Origin: an uncultured Gammaproteobacteria bacterium
GTDB taxonomy: Bacteria > Patescibacteriota > Patescibacteriia > 2-12-FULL-60-25
Assembly: GCA_964600845.1 (NCBI GenBank)
Contig: CAZRJW010000002.1
Span: forward strand, 9,910 to 73,909
Length of the DNA stretch: 64,000 nt
Reading direction: 5' to 3'
A program made the position numbers and the translations under genes. A model generated the notes under the pieces. It did no database searches. It saw only the letters and a program-made list of their open reading frames with translations, and had not been told where the DNA came from. This document shows, piece by piece, positions 48,197 to 58,110 of this stretch. Positions within the stretch are counted from its first letter, which is position 1. Each line of letters starts with the position of its first letter.

Positions 48197-48212
48197 TTCC
48201 GGATAGTTTATC

Positions 48213-49778
48213 ATGGTCCTATCTATGGACGCGTCCTTTGCAGCTACCCCCGTCTCACTTACGCCATCAGATCTTCGCGCATTGATGGAGAAGTTGTCTC
48301 AAGGATCGCTGACGCCCTTTCAGGCATCTGAACAAGCCTTGGGTGGTGAGGTATTGCTGACGCGAGATGCGGAATTATTTTTTGGAGAGGCACTGAAACA
48401 CGGAGGTGCTCAAGTAGCGAATTTAATCGTCGACCATCTTTCCGTCTTGCGTGTTGGACATACGTCAGCATCAACCGCGAAATATTTAGGGAATCTCCTG
48501 CTCGATTATTCAACGGATCCAGATGTGAGTCGGAAGATTCTGGCTTGGTATCCTGATTTTATCGATGTGCCAGCAATCCTTGAGCATCTTTCGATTCAGG
48601 ATGAACGGGACCTCTCATTTTATCAGGAGTTATTTCGTCGACTCATTCGTGAGGGTGATAGCTATTCGGCGGGGGATCGTATTTCCAAACTGCTTGTTGC
48701 TGTCTTGAAACTTGCACCAGCCTGGATCGGTCGTCTACTGTCCGCGCTTGATCAAGTTCAGACGGAGATTGATTTAGAGCCATTTTTAAAGATGGCGGCC
48801 GAAATTGGTACCGCAAAAGAGGAGATTTATGAGCAGCTTCCGCTTATTGGACGGGTTGCGACTCAGCGAATGCGTTTGATGGATTGGGTCTTCCGTGTCT
48901 ACCCGGAGCGGCGTATAGAGGCGCTCGGTAGAATCCTTGAACAAGCTCGCTTCACTTCCATGAATGCGGAAGATGCCTTTGTTTCGCTTGCGCGTGGATT
49001 AAATACAAAGGATCTGCCTGCATTTACTCAGCTGCTTGAACGCTATCGAAAGCAGGAGGACTGGCCGCGGAAAGTGGTGATTGAGCTGCTCTACAATCCA
49101 AATATCCCAATGGAAGAGCTCGTTGACTCACAGCGTTCTTTTTCGCTGTATCGAAATGTCATCAACTGTCTTTCCGACCTCTTGGATCGTACATCAGACG
49201 GAGATCGGTCACTCGATATCAAGCGCCTCCTCACGCGAATTGTCGATGATACAAATTTCGGGACCTTGGACGTGACAACCTACAGTGCGCTCCTGTATGA
49301 AGTTTCACGTCGCAAGGGACAAGGAGATTTAAACCCGTTACGTATCTTGCTTCTGGAACGGATCGATTTCAAACACGCGACAATTTTTCATTCAGCCTTT
49401 TTTGAAGCGCTTCGAGGGTACTTTATTGAACCGATGCATGCGCAGCGTATCTTAGAAAAAATCGTCCGATATGGAAAATATCCGTTTCATGAGACGGATT
49501 TCCTCCTCCAACTTCTGGAGTGTGTAGACCAAGAAGTCTTTGCGAACTTTACGTTACGGTATAGCCAAGCCCTTTTTGATACGGCCTACACGGCAGAGCG
49601 TTTCTACTTAGCTCTTGCGGGTACGCTCCCTGAGCGTTTTGCGCCGGTATATATGTTCCATCGAAAGATCTTCAAGCGCTCCTTCGCCAAATATTCGGAT
49701 ACGGACAAGACTATCTACAAACTGTGTTGGCCATATCTCTCATTTGGTCAACGCTTCAAGGCGTTTATCTTTGGTTAG
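48213..49778 (+). CDS. hypothetical 521-aa all-helical cytoplasmic protein
   Basis: Long ORF with ordinary composition. No TM helix, signal peptide or recognisable motif. Confidence 0.5.
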   Translation: MVLSMDASFAATPVSLTPSDLRALMEKLSQGSLTPFQASEQALGGEVLLTRDAELFFGEALKHGGAQVANLIVDHLSVLRVGHTSASTAKYLGNLLLDYSTDPDVSRKILAWYPDFIDVPAILEHLSIQDERDLSFYQELFRRLIREGDSYSAGDRISKLLVAVLKLAPAWIGRLLSALDQVQTEIDLEPFLKMAAEIGTAKEEIYEQLPLIGRVATQRMRLMDWVFRVYPERRIEALGRILEQARFTSMNAEDAFVSLARGLNTKDLPAFTQLLERYRKQEDWPRKVVIELLYNPNIPMEELVDSQRSFSLYRNVINCLSDLLDRTSDGDRSLDIKRLLTRIVDDTNFGTLDVTTYSALLYEVSRRKGQGDLNPLRILLLERIDFKHATIFHSAFFEALRGYFIEPMHAQRILEKIVRYGKYPFHETDFLLQLLECVDQEVFANFTLRYSQALFDTAYTAERFYLALAGTLPERFAPVYMFHRKIFKRSFAKYSDTDKTIYKLCWPYLSFGQRFKAFIFG

Positions 49779-49781
49779 GAT

Positions 49782-51531
49782 TTAGTAGTTTGGAATGCAG
49801 GCCTCCAATTGTTCGAGTGTAGGTGGAGCGACGCTGTCTGTACGCGAAACGTTTCTGAGTTCCTGGCGAATGGAATCGGCTCGTCGTCTGGCGCCTGGGA
49901 CCCCTCCACGACACCCAAGCTCAACGAATTTTTCAAGGAAGCAGTCGATGCGCTCGCTTTCGCTCGCACCTGAATGAGAGCGACAAGCCTCGAGCACGAT
50001 TCCAAATCCGGCACCGCATCTTCCCGGGTTATTTGCGACGGTTGCCCACATGGCTTGGCCATAGGACGAACGAAAACCATGACTTGCGGCGGCTCTCACT
50101 CGCTGAGAGTATTTTTCGTACGAGTCTTGGAGCTGGGCGAGTGCGAACGCTCTCGTTGGGAGTGCAGTCTGAAGCATGTTTCGATAGTCCGCATTGCAAA
50201 TAAACCCACGATCCGTCTGATTGGATGCGCAGAGTGCAGAGGCGGACGTGTCACGATTGTTTCCGGCGGTCACGACGCGATTGTAAACAGCCGCATCTTT
50301 TTGTTGAAGTTTCCGCATTAATTGAGGGAGGTTTTGCTGCATATACCCTAAAATTCCGTAGGTACCTCCATCGAGCCCTTCAAGCGATCGGAACGTCTTT
50401 CCGGTACAGTTCCCAGTAACGGAAGCGAGGAATTGTCCATAAGAACCACCACATCTGCCAATTAGCGCTGGACAGGCGGGATCTGGACCTCCAACGATTG
50501 TGGTACCGCAGGAGACTTGGCTTTGGCAGGCAGCACACCAGACGGTGCTGTTGTTTGGTCGTGGTCGAGCGGCAAGTGTTTGCCGGCAAAAGCGTGCGGG
50601 CCCGGCTCCTGTCGCAGTCCCGGTCGCGCCTTCTTCGGCTGAGCGATCTGGGTCCGCATCTCTAGCGATGCTGTCATAGGCACTGTCGTCGGATGGTGGT
50701 ATCGCTTGAACATGCTGGACGCGAACCGGATTCATTTCGACCAGCTTCGGATTGATCGTCTTCAAGATCAAGAAGCTACTAAGAAGAACTACCAGCCCAA
50801 TAAAGGCATCTTGGATAATCGTTTTCCCATCAGACACACCCGGAGCAGAAGCCGACAGCATGTAGCGGAACCCTCCATAAACAATCATGATGGCTGCCAA
50901 AATCGCACCTAATCCAACGGATAGGCGATAAATACCCGAGATGTATTGCGCGAGATAGGGGACGCTAATAATGCCACCCTCCTCGGTTGCGGGGGTGAAA
51001 CGAACACCCGGGATTGGTACGGCGGGGTTTGGTGGGATGGGGGTGAATGGGCGTTGGGCGGCAGGCTCTGTTCCGCCCGCAATCGCCTCATCTGCCGGAC
51101 TTTGGACCGTTGTTGTTGGAGGAGTGGTTGGGGGTGTTGCAGGAGGTGTGGTTGTGCCGGCTGCAGCGGCCCTTGTCGCACAGCTCGCCCGAACGGGATT
51201 GCTTCCGATCGCTCGATTGAGGCTTTCTGCAAACGACGGTTCACAGGCTCTGGAGATCGTACAGCTAAAGACACTAGGATCAAATCGACCACTTAAAGGA
51301 GCGTTTTCGCAGCCTGAGCGTGCTTCTGATCGCTGGTCGCTGGTCGCTGGTCGCTAAACTAGCAAGTTCGCTTGGAGACCTGCCTGAAACTATACCCGTC
51401 CCGGTGATGGTACAGAGACAGCTCGACGCTTGCGCGAACGCGAGACCAGGTATGGTCAGGCCGATAATCAAAAATGAGAGGGTCGAGACGGCGAGAAGAT
51501 CCCTCAGACGCTTACTCCAATGAAGAGGCAT
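49782..51531 (-). pseudogene. frameshift-interrupted (candidate phase-variable) surface protein: signal peptide, Cys-rich region, PT linker, T4SS-pilin-like 2-TM module, Cys-rich C-terminal domain
   Basis: Frame A (ATG 51531, MPLHWSKRLRDLLAVSTLSFLIIGLTIPGLAFA) stops at 51280. Frame B is open from 51353 to 49782 but has no ATG/GTG/TTG for ~150 codons before TTG 50900. The two frames meet in a 7-nt repeat tract. The pilin-like core is GGIISVPYLAQYISGIYRLSVGLGAILAAIMIVYGGFRYMLSAS..GKTIIQDAFIGLVVLLSSFLILKTI. Confidence 0.6.
51327..51354 (-). repeat. heptanucleotide tandem repeat (GCGACCA)x3 plus degenerate GCGATCA on the coding strand
   Basis: Plus strand tgatcgc-tggtcgc-tggtcgc-tggtcgc. A unit length of 7 is not a multiple of 3. 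Confidence 0.9.
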
Positions 51532-51538
51532 ACGCGTA

Positions 51539-52795
51539 TTACAAACGCATCTTAATGAGCTGACCGCTATTTCCATCTGTTACAAAGGCGGATTGCCCAT
51601 CGCCTGAAACGCGCACTGCACGCACGGCTACGTTAGGGCCTGGATCGCCAAGTGGAGTGACTTGTCCATTTGCAAGATCGAGTTTGAAGAGTGTATCTGG
51701 GCCGACATCGAACAATGTTCGTTGTAAACCAGCTCCATTTGGCATTTCCTTTGGAACGCCACAGATAACCGTTGTTCCATTTGCCCATGTGCATTTGTCT
51801 GCCCAGGTTTCGATACTCATACGTCGACGATTCGCGTTCACTTCATCGCCCGAGGCGCCACTCAACCAGAGAGAGGGGCGATAGCCTTCGTCACCGCTCC
51901 ATACGCTGTACAGGAGCTGGGATCCATCCGGGGACCAATTTGGAGTAAAGCCACGTCCTTCCACGATGAGACCTTTAAAATTCTCCTGATTTTTTCCGAC
52001 GAGTAAAATCTGTTCACGATTTGCGCCCATGGCTTCGCCTGTTCGAGAAAAAGCGACGGTTTGGTTGTTCGGTGCCCAGCTTACCAATACCTTGTCCTGG
52101 TTATTCCCAAGTTCCTCAATTGGACGAGGTTCGGATCCGTCGCTGCCGGCAACGATTAAGAAGCGGTTGGTTGGGTTGCTCCCTAAGCTTTTGGCTACAA
52201 TTTGATCATCGTCAGGGGAGAATTGAAGCTCTTGCCAATAGCGGGGGATGGTCGTTTGTTTGTCTTGGGAGAAGTCGTAGATCACCTGATTTCCATCTGG
52301 GAAGCCTAATACAGCTTTCTCGCTCTTGTTTCCCCAAGTGATGCGATCAACGTTTGGGAAAACAGTTTCAGACAACGGAACCTTTGTTCCATCATCGAGG
52401 ATAGAGTAAAAACGTCCATCATTTGGATCATAAAAACGAATCGCGTTTCCACCGCCTTTCGTTGTTGCGATAGGGAGGCGTACGTCTTGAGCGATTACCG
52501 ACACGCGTGGCGCATCTGGTAGAAGCGAGTTATCCGGAAGCGTTGGAATTTCTCCTAGATCCACCGATCCCGTATTCTGGGCCGGTTGGAGGCTTCCATC
52601 GCCCAAATTTCCAATCGTACCGGGTGTTCCATCCTGTGCGCGTGGAAGGGAATTTCCGGTTCCGGGAAGTTGTGTTCCTGGAGTCTCCGTTGGTCGTATT
52701 GCTCGGAAGAAGAGCAGATACAAAACCGTCGCGATCCCTACGACCGCGAGAATGAAGAGGAACACAAAGAGCAGCTTCTTGCGACGTTCGTCCAT
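51539..52795 (-). CDS. membrane-anchored TolB-like beta-propeller (PD40 repeat) protein
   Basis: N-terminal TM helix. Repeats such as FSPDDDQIVAKS, VSWAPNNQTVAFS, PNWSPDGSQLLYS. Confidence 0.6.
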   Translation of the reverse strand: MDERRKKLLFVFLFILAVVGIATVLYLLFFRAIRPTETPGTQLPGTGNSLPRAQDGTPGTIGNLGDGSLQPAQNTGSVDLGEIPTLPDNSLLPDAPRVSVIAQDVRLPIATTKGGGNAIRFYDPNDGRFYSILDDGTKVPLSETVFPNVDRITWGNKSEKAVLGFPDGNQVIYDFSQDKQTTIPRYWQELQFSPDDDQIVAKSLGSNPTNRFLIVAGSDGSEPRPIEELGNNQDKVLVSWAPNNQTVAFSRTGEAMGANREQILLVGKNQENFKGLIVEGRGFTPNWSPDGSQLLYSVWSGDEGYRPSLWLSGASGDEVNANRRRMSIETWADKCTWANGTTVICGVPKEMPNGAGLQRTLFDVGPDTLFKLDLANGQVTPLGDPGPNVAVRAVRVSGDGQSAFVTDGNSGQLIKMRL

Positions 52796-52869
52796 AGATA
52801 CCCGAAGTATAGCACGGTTGCGCGTGCTTCAATATGCCTCGGAAGTGAATTGTAGTTTTGTTTTCTGTT

Positions 52870-54279
52870 TTAGATGCTCAAGTCGCCTGTTGAGGGACGA
52901 GATGGGCGATAGCCGCCGCTGCTTCCACCGCTGCGACGACCTCCAAAGCGAGAGGAAGAAGGGCGTGAAGATGAAGAGCCTCCTTGGCTCGAGCCATACG
53001 AAGAGGAAGAACGGGATCCGTATGAACGGCCAGAAGATGGGCGTCCGTTGCTACCGCCTCGACTTCCTCCGTAACTTGAACCGCCTCCACGTTGTGGATA
53101 GCTTGGACGATCGTCGTAACTCGTGTCAGACATCGAAGGCATTGGAGGCAAGACGGGCAAAGTAGGCAGAGGGCTGACAGGGAGCGGAAGACGAATCAAG
53201 CGCTCAATCATGCGGACGTCGCGTAACTGATCAGGTGTTGCAAATGAAATGGCTTTTCCAACAGCGCCAGCACGGCCTGTGCGACCGATGCGGTGGACGT
53301 AGTCTTCTGCTTGGTCTGGTAAATCAAAGTTGACGACAAGTTCGATGCCTTTGACGTCGATTCCACGAGCGGCGATGTCTGTCGCAACGAGCACGCGGTA
53401 GCTGCCCGTGCGGAAGCCCTGAAGAGCGGTCTGGCGTTGAGCTTGGGTGCGATCGGAGTGAATTTCAGCGGCCGTGTGACCAAGAACGCGAATCGAGCGG
53501 GTCAGTTTGCGGGCTCCGTGCTTCGTACGAGAAAAAATCAGGGTTGAGCCGCGGTGCTCCTGAAGAATTTTGGAAATGAGGCGCAACTTTTCTTCTTTGC
53601 GTACAATGAAGAGCTCTTGGGTCACGCCTTCGGCGGTTGTGCCTTGGCGCGCAATTTCAACCTGAGTTGGCTGCTTCATGTACTTGCGGGCGATCTGAAT
53701 GATGTCTGTTGGCATTGTCGCCGAGAACAACATGGTCTGGCGATCGGCAGGGATCGATTCAAAAATGCGCTTCAACTGAGGAGCGAAGCCCATATCAAGC
53801 ATGCGGTCCGCTTCGTCCAATACAAGAATTTTGAGATCACTCATACGGAGCGAGCCTTGTTCCATGTGGTCAAGAAGACGACCTGGGGTCGCGATGATCA
53901 CGTGTGGAGCGTTGCGAAGCGAGTGCAGCTGACCTCCCATTGGGACGCCACCGATCAATACGGCTGTGCGCAAGCCAATCGATGCACCTACTTTTTTGAT
54001 GGATTCATCCACCTGAACAGCGAGTTCACGGGTTGGAAGAAGCACGAGGCCGCGTCCTTTGTGCTGCGCGAGACGCTGCAACATTGGTAAGCCGAAGGCA
54101 AGTGTTTTACCTGTTCCTGTTTGGGCGATCCCAACAATATCGTTGCCTTCCATGGCAACCGGAATCGCTTGGCGCTGGATCGGGGTAGGTTCTTGCATCC
54201 CAAGCTTGCTGATGATCTCGAGCAAGGCGGGGGCGATTCCAAGGCCATGGAATCCGGTGGACGATGAAGGGGTCGGCAT
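52870..54279 (-). CDS. DEAD-box ATP-dependent RNA helicase with Ser/Gly/Arg-rich C-terminal tail
   Basis: Q motif; AQTGTGKT; DEAD; SAT; HRIGRTGRAG. Tail is GGGSSYGGSRGGSNGRPSSGRSYGSRSSSSYGSSQGG... Confidence 0.93.
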   Translation of the reverse strand: MPTPSSSTGFHGLGIAPALLEIISKLGMQEPTPIQRQAIPVAMEGNDIVGIAQTGTGKTLAFGLPMLQRLAQHKGRGLVLLPTRELAVQVDESIKKVGASIGLRTAVLIGGVPMGGQLHSLRNAPHVIIATPGRLLDHMEQGSLRMSDLKILVLDEADRMLDMGFAPQLKRIFESIPADRQTMLFSATMPTDIIQIARKYMKQPTQVEIARQGTTAEGVTQELFIVRKEEKLRLISKILQEHRGSTLIFSRTKHGARKLTRSIRVLGHTAAEIHSDRTQAQRQTALQGFRTGSYRVLVATDIAARGIDVKGIELVVNFDLPDQAEDYVHRIGRTGRAGAVGKAISFATPDQLRDVRMIERLIRLPLPVSPLPTLPVLPPMPSMSDTSYDDRPSYPQRGGGSSYGGSRGGSNGRPSSGRSYGSRSSSSYGSSQGGSSSSRPSSSRFGGRRSGGSSGGYRPSRPSTGDLSI

Positions 54280-54349
54280 ATATTGGGGGAGTCTATCAGA
54301 AAACGCGAATTTTGTCTAGTTTTAGCCAACAGTTCGCTTTTAAAGACGA

Positions 54350-54380
54350 TTATCCCCAAGGCATTTTGCCTTGGGGATAA
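54350..54380 (-). terminator. hairpin downstream of msrB
   Basis: atccccaaggc-atttt-gccttggggat. Confidence 0.5.
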
Positions 54381-54421
54381 GTCGTCCTTGATCGAGAATG
54401 TTTTATTTTAGCTAGTTCTGG

Positions 54422-54984
54422 CTATTTTTGCTCGTCAGGGATGAACGCGAGCGCGTCACCGTTCATACAATAGCGGAGACTTGTGGGTTCTGGCCCGTCA
54501 GAAAAGACATGGCCGAGATGGTCTCCGCATTTCGAGCGAATCTCTGTTCGTTCCATAAATAGACCTTCGTCCTTTTGTTCGATGACCGCGTCGGGTTTGA
54601 TCGGAGCCTAAAAACTGGGCCAGCCCGTGCAAGAATCGTATTTCTGTTCAGAGCGGAAGACAGGCCCGCACAATCTGCGGTTACGTAGGTACCAGGCCGT
54701 TTTTCATCCAAGAGCAGGCTGGTGAAGGGTGTTTCCGTCCCGGCTTCACGCAGGATGTGGCACTGCTCAGGCGATAAAATACTCTTCCAGTATTCCTCGG
54801 TGCGAGTAGCTTTCACAGGGTGATTCACCCGCTGTCTGGAGATTCGTACCCCAAATCCACCCACCATAAGAAGAGTGGCGAGTGCCGTGATACCCGTGTA
54901 TCGGGTGTGGGTTTCGTTGGGATTGGCAGCGTAGAGTGAAAATGATTTTAGGTTGTGGCAGGAGTTTCTTCTACGGTGGTACAC
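54422..54984 (-). pseudogene. msrB: membrane-anchored peptide-methionine (R)-S-oxide reductase MsrB, disrupted by a 1-nt deletion and an in-frame TAG
   Basis: Track ORF gives ...ILSPEQCHILREAGTETPFTSLLLDEKRPGTYVTADCAG, then loses similarity. Shifting +1 at ggcc^tgtc (~54662) restores [78 protein letters not shown]. Confidence 0.7.
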
Positions 54985-55679
54985 ACCTGTATCAGGGTTT
55001 CAACGAGGTCAAAGAGCAAGTCAGCTGCTTCACGATCTTTTAATGTAACCAGCTTGCATTGTTTGCGTGTTTCTTCGTACTGAGGCGCGGATAAAAAAGA
55101 AAGAAACTTGCGTAGATACTCAGGTGAACGAATGTACATGTTACAGAGCTCAACCGTATCTTCTATGACCTGCATATCCACTCCTTGAGCTGCGTAGACT
55201 CGAAGAGATCCAAGGGTAGAAAAACCCTTCCCTGTACTTATTCTTGCTGCCTTTATTTTTTGAACAAGCAGGCTATGAAGTTCTTTGGCATCAGGAATTT
55301 TCTGTGCTAAGTCCTCAACAAGGTGATGCGTTAGTTCATGAGAGAAACGATACGCGACTTCAGCTTCAGGAGTGAAACTTGCTTCATCAAATAAGATAAG
55401 ACTTCGTTCTTGAGGTGATAATAGCTTGAGTCCAACCTGCAATATTCTGAAACGATCAGTTTCAATGGTCGTACCACTATGCCAATTATTTGGATCCACC
55501 TGGACTCGGTCTGGGAAGCATCCATTACGATCGAGAGCTAGAGTGACAGCTTCTCCATGTTGCGTTTGAGTTCCTAACAAATCAAAAAGCTGACCTGCCG
55601 CCTCCTCTGGTCTTTGTCGAGCGGTTTCAATCAACTTCGTATGCCAACTTTTCGGACCAGCCATCTCGTAATGATTCAT
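54948..55679 (-). CDS. hypothetical protein with HExxH motif (putative metallopeptidase)
   Basis: YRFSHELTHHLVEDL. No signal peptide. Confidence 0.45.
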   Translation of the reverse strand: MNHYEMAGPKSWHTKLIETARQRPEEAAGQLFDLLGTQTQHGEAVTLALDRNGCFPDRVQVDPNNWHSGTTIETDRFRILQVGLKLLSPQERSLILFDEASFTPEAEVAYRFSHELTHHLVEDLAQKIPDAKELHSLLVQKIKAARISTGKGFSTLGSLRVYAAQGVDMQVIEDTVELCNMYIRSPEYLRKFLSFLSAPQYEETRKQCKLVTLKDREAADLLFDLVETLIQVCTTVEETPATT

Positions 55680-55687
55680 ACTCAGTG

Positions 55688-56320
55688 TTACAAGGAATGA
55701 AGTGCCGTCTCCAATACTCGTGCAAACACTTCATCCTGCGTCCCTTGTCCGTCTACGCGCTTCCAGCGAGCTTTGAGTAGGTCGTGATCAGCGAGAGCGC
55801 GATAGCCTTCAACGCAGGAACGGAAGAAGGCGATTGGCAGGGTTTCGAATTTATCGCCACGGGCATCGAAGGTGCGTTTCAATCCGATCTCAGGGTCGAG
55901 ATCCATTTCGATGATGAGGTCGGGGAGAAAATCTTTCACCGACGTTTTGTTCACCTCAAGAATGGTTTCGAAGCCCAAGCCGCGTCCGAAGCCTTGCCAG
56001 GCGATACTTGTACAGAAGCTACGATCAGAGACGACGATTCCTCCTTTTGCGAGCACAGGAAGAACGACGGTTCGTAACGATTGCGCGCGGGCCGAAGCAT
56101 ACAGATAGGCTTCGCACATTGGATCCATCGGTTCGTTGAACGGAGTCGCTTGAACCAGTGTGCGGATCGCTTCTGCGATTTCACTGCCGCCTGGTTCACG
56201 TGTCCAGATGATTTCTTTTTCGGGAAAGCGTTTCTTTAATTCTTCGACTAAGCGTTTTGATTGAGTGGTTTTTCCCGTCCCAACAACTCCTTCGAAGACA
56301 AGGTAGCGGCCAGTGGTCAT
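55688..56320 (-). CDS. tmk: thymidylate kinase
   Basis: YLVFEGVVGTGKTTQSKRL; DRSFCTSIAWQG. Confidence 0.9.
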   Translation of the reverse strand: MTTGRYLVFEGVVGTGKTTQSKRLVEELKKRFPEKEIIWTREPGGSEIAEAIRTLVQATPFNEPMDPMCEAYLYASARAQSLRTVVLPVLAKGGIVVSDRSFCTSIAWQGFGRGLGFETILEVNKTSVKDFLPDLIIEMDLDPEIGLKRTFDARGDKFETLPIAFFRSCVEGYRALADHDLLKARWKRVDGQGTQDEVFARVLETALHSL

Positions 56321-56354
56321 ATGCCGTTATCGTGCCAGGTCGATATCGTGTCGT

Positions 56355-58106
56355 CTAGCCGAAGGTGAAGGTGTAGGCTTCCAGTCCGCTCGCTTCCGCT
56401 TCAAGTTCGAGTAGGTGTTGGCCAGCACCGGCTGTGTCGTTGATGAGATGGTAGAGCTGCTCATCCTTAATCAAGGCATAGCTTTGGTCACCTTCAAAAA
56501 AGATGTCTGATCCGGCGGTCTCGCGTGTCAGTGGTTTTCCATCGCGGGTGACCTTGAGCTTCACGGGCTTGATAGCGCTCGCAACAAAGAAGACATTGCG
56601 TGCCGTATAGCGATAGATGATCTGAGCGTTTCGTGTTTTATTCTCCGCGCGTTCCCCATCGAAATTCCAAGTTCCTGCGAGGTATAGCGCATTTTGAGCA
56701 ATATCGGTTGGACGTTCTAATTGTTGTTCGCCACGTGTACCGAACCGACCGTTTGCGAGCGTGCTGTTTCGGTCCGAGCCGAAGTAGACTTCAGGGCTTT
56801 GATCGCGTGTTGGACTACTCGTCTCTTGCGGTTTGACTGCTCCTGTTGGTACCGATAGCACGGCTTGATTGTCGCGCGCCATCTTTTCACGCAGGAGTTC
56901 TTGAATCTTCTTTTCTGTTTCTTCGTAGCCACCTTCTCCAATATGATCGTAGACCACTTTGCCGTCGATATTAATTAAGTATTTACGTGGCCAGTAGTTA
57001 TTCCCCCAGGCATTCCAGGTGCCATAGTCATTATCCAGAACGACAGGAAATGTGATCCCATATTTTGTCATCGCTTTTTTGACGTTTTCAAGATTCTTTT
57101 CAAATGCGAATTCTGGCGTGTGGATGCCGACGACCTCGAGGCCTTGGTCCTTGTACTTATCGTACCAAGCGTTGAGATAGGGGAAGGTGCGAATACAATT
57201 GATGCAGGTGTAGGTCATGAAGTCGACCAGAATCACTTTCTTTCCCACAAGGCCACCGAGCGTCACGCTTGAGGTGTTTACGAAGCCAGAGGGATTTGTA
57301 ATTTCACGATACTGCGGAAACATCGTGTCGGCAGTTGCTGTCGGAGAAAGGGTGCCTGAGTTCAGTGCAGGCGTATCCATCTTTTCTGTCGATTGAAGAA
57401 TCGTTTGTTCGAAGTTCGTAATATTAAAGTAACCTTTTTCTAACAAGAATGTTTGTACGCGCTTGTCCGCTCCCGTCAGGATGAAGATTCCGACCAGGAT
57501 GAACAAAATACCTAAGCTACGTTTGAACCATCCATTCGGATTTGCTGCCCAGCGCGCTTTTTGAATAAAGCGCTGTCCAAGCAAGCTGATCAAGAGCAAG
57601 ACGAGGGCGAGTCCAAGGGCATAGGCGATTAAATACACGATCCCCGTCGCGAGGCTGCGAGGGAGAACCGTTGCGAGAATGAGGAAATACGTAGGTGAAC
57701 AGCTTGAGAAGACTGGTCCGAGGGATAGACCGATCAACACATCACCTAGACGAGTTTTCTGTTCACGGGATGAGTTCAGGAGTTGTTCCGACCGGTTGGC
57801 GAGACCGAGCTTCACGCTGATGGCGTCCCAGGCTCTTGGGAAGAGGCTGATTAGTCCGAAGATAATAAGGATGCCTCCTGAAATCGCGCTCCAGACACCC
57901 TGAGGAATGTTGATGAAGGCGGTGCTGAACTTGAGGGCGAGTGTAAATAATACGATCGCGACGGCGAGTGATCCGGTGATGATGTACGGATTACGCTTTT
58001 GTCCGCCTTGAACGGAGCCACCGATAATGATCGGCAGAACCGGCAAAATGCAGGGCGCGAGCACCGTAAGCGCGCCCGACAAGAAAGAAATGAGGAGCAG
58101 CAGCAT
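56355..58106 (-). CDS. CcdA/DsbD-type thiol-disulfide transporter fused to an extracytoplasmic thioredoxin-like (TlpA/redoxin) domain and a C-terminal beta-rich domain
   Basis: N-terminal 6-TM region with LAPCILPVLP. Central FMTYTCINCIRTFPYLNAWY (CxxC). Confidence 0.7.
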   Translation of the reverse strand: MLLLLISFLSGALTVLAPCILPVLPIIIGGSVQGGQKRNPYIITGSLAVAIVLFTLALKFSTAFINIPQGVWSAISGGILIIFGLISLFPRAWDAISVKLGLANRSEQLLNSSREQKTRLGDVLIGLSLGPVFSSCSPTYFLILATVLPRSLATGIVYLIAYALGLALVLLLISLLGQRFIQKARWAANPNGWFKRSLGILFILVGIFILTGADKRVQTFLLEKGYFNITNFEQTILQSTEKMDTPALNSGTLSPTATADTMFPQYREITNPSGFVNTSSVTLGGLVGKKVILVDFMTYTCINCIRTFPYLNAWYDKYKDQGLEVVGIHTPEFAFEKNLENVKKAMTKYGITFPVVLDNDYGTWNAWGNNYWPRKYLINIDGKVVYDHIGEGGYEETEKKIQELLREKMARDNQAVLSVPTGAVKPQETSSPTRDQSPEVYFGSDRNSTLANGRFGTRGEQQLERPTDIAQNALYLAGTWNFDGERAENKTRNAQIIYRYTARNVFFVASAIKPVKLKVTRDGKPLTRETAGSDIFFEGDQSYALIKDEQLYHLINDTAGAGQHLLELEAEASGLEAYTFTFG

Positions 58107-58110
58107 ACGA

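Noticed and set aside
50909-51292. 127-aa ORF in the third frame across the pilin-like gene's PT-linker region
   Set aside because: It gives a low-complexity Q/P/R-rich translation of a GC-rich linker. It overlaps the much longer, motif-bearing frame B.
54606-54611. In-frame TAG after GWPSF in msrB as possible stop-codon recoding
   Set aside because: TAG clearly terminates other genes here (for example 12517-12519 and 46713-46715). The same gene also has a frameshift about 60 nt upstream. Pseudogenisation or consensus error is more parsimonious.
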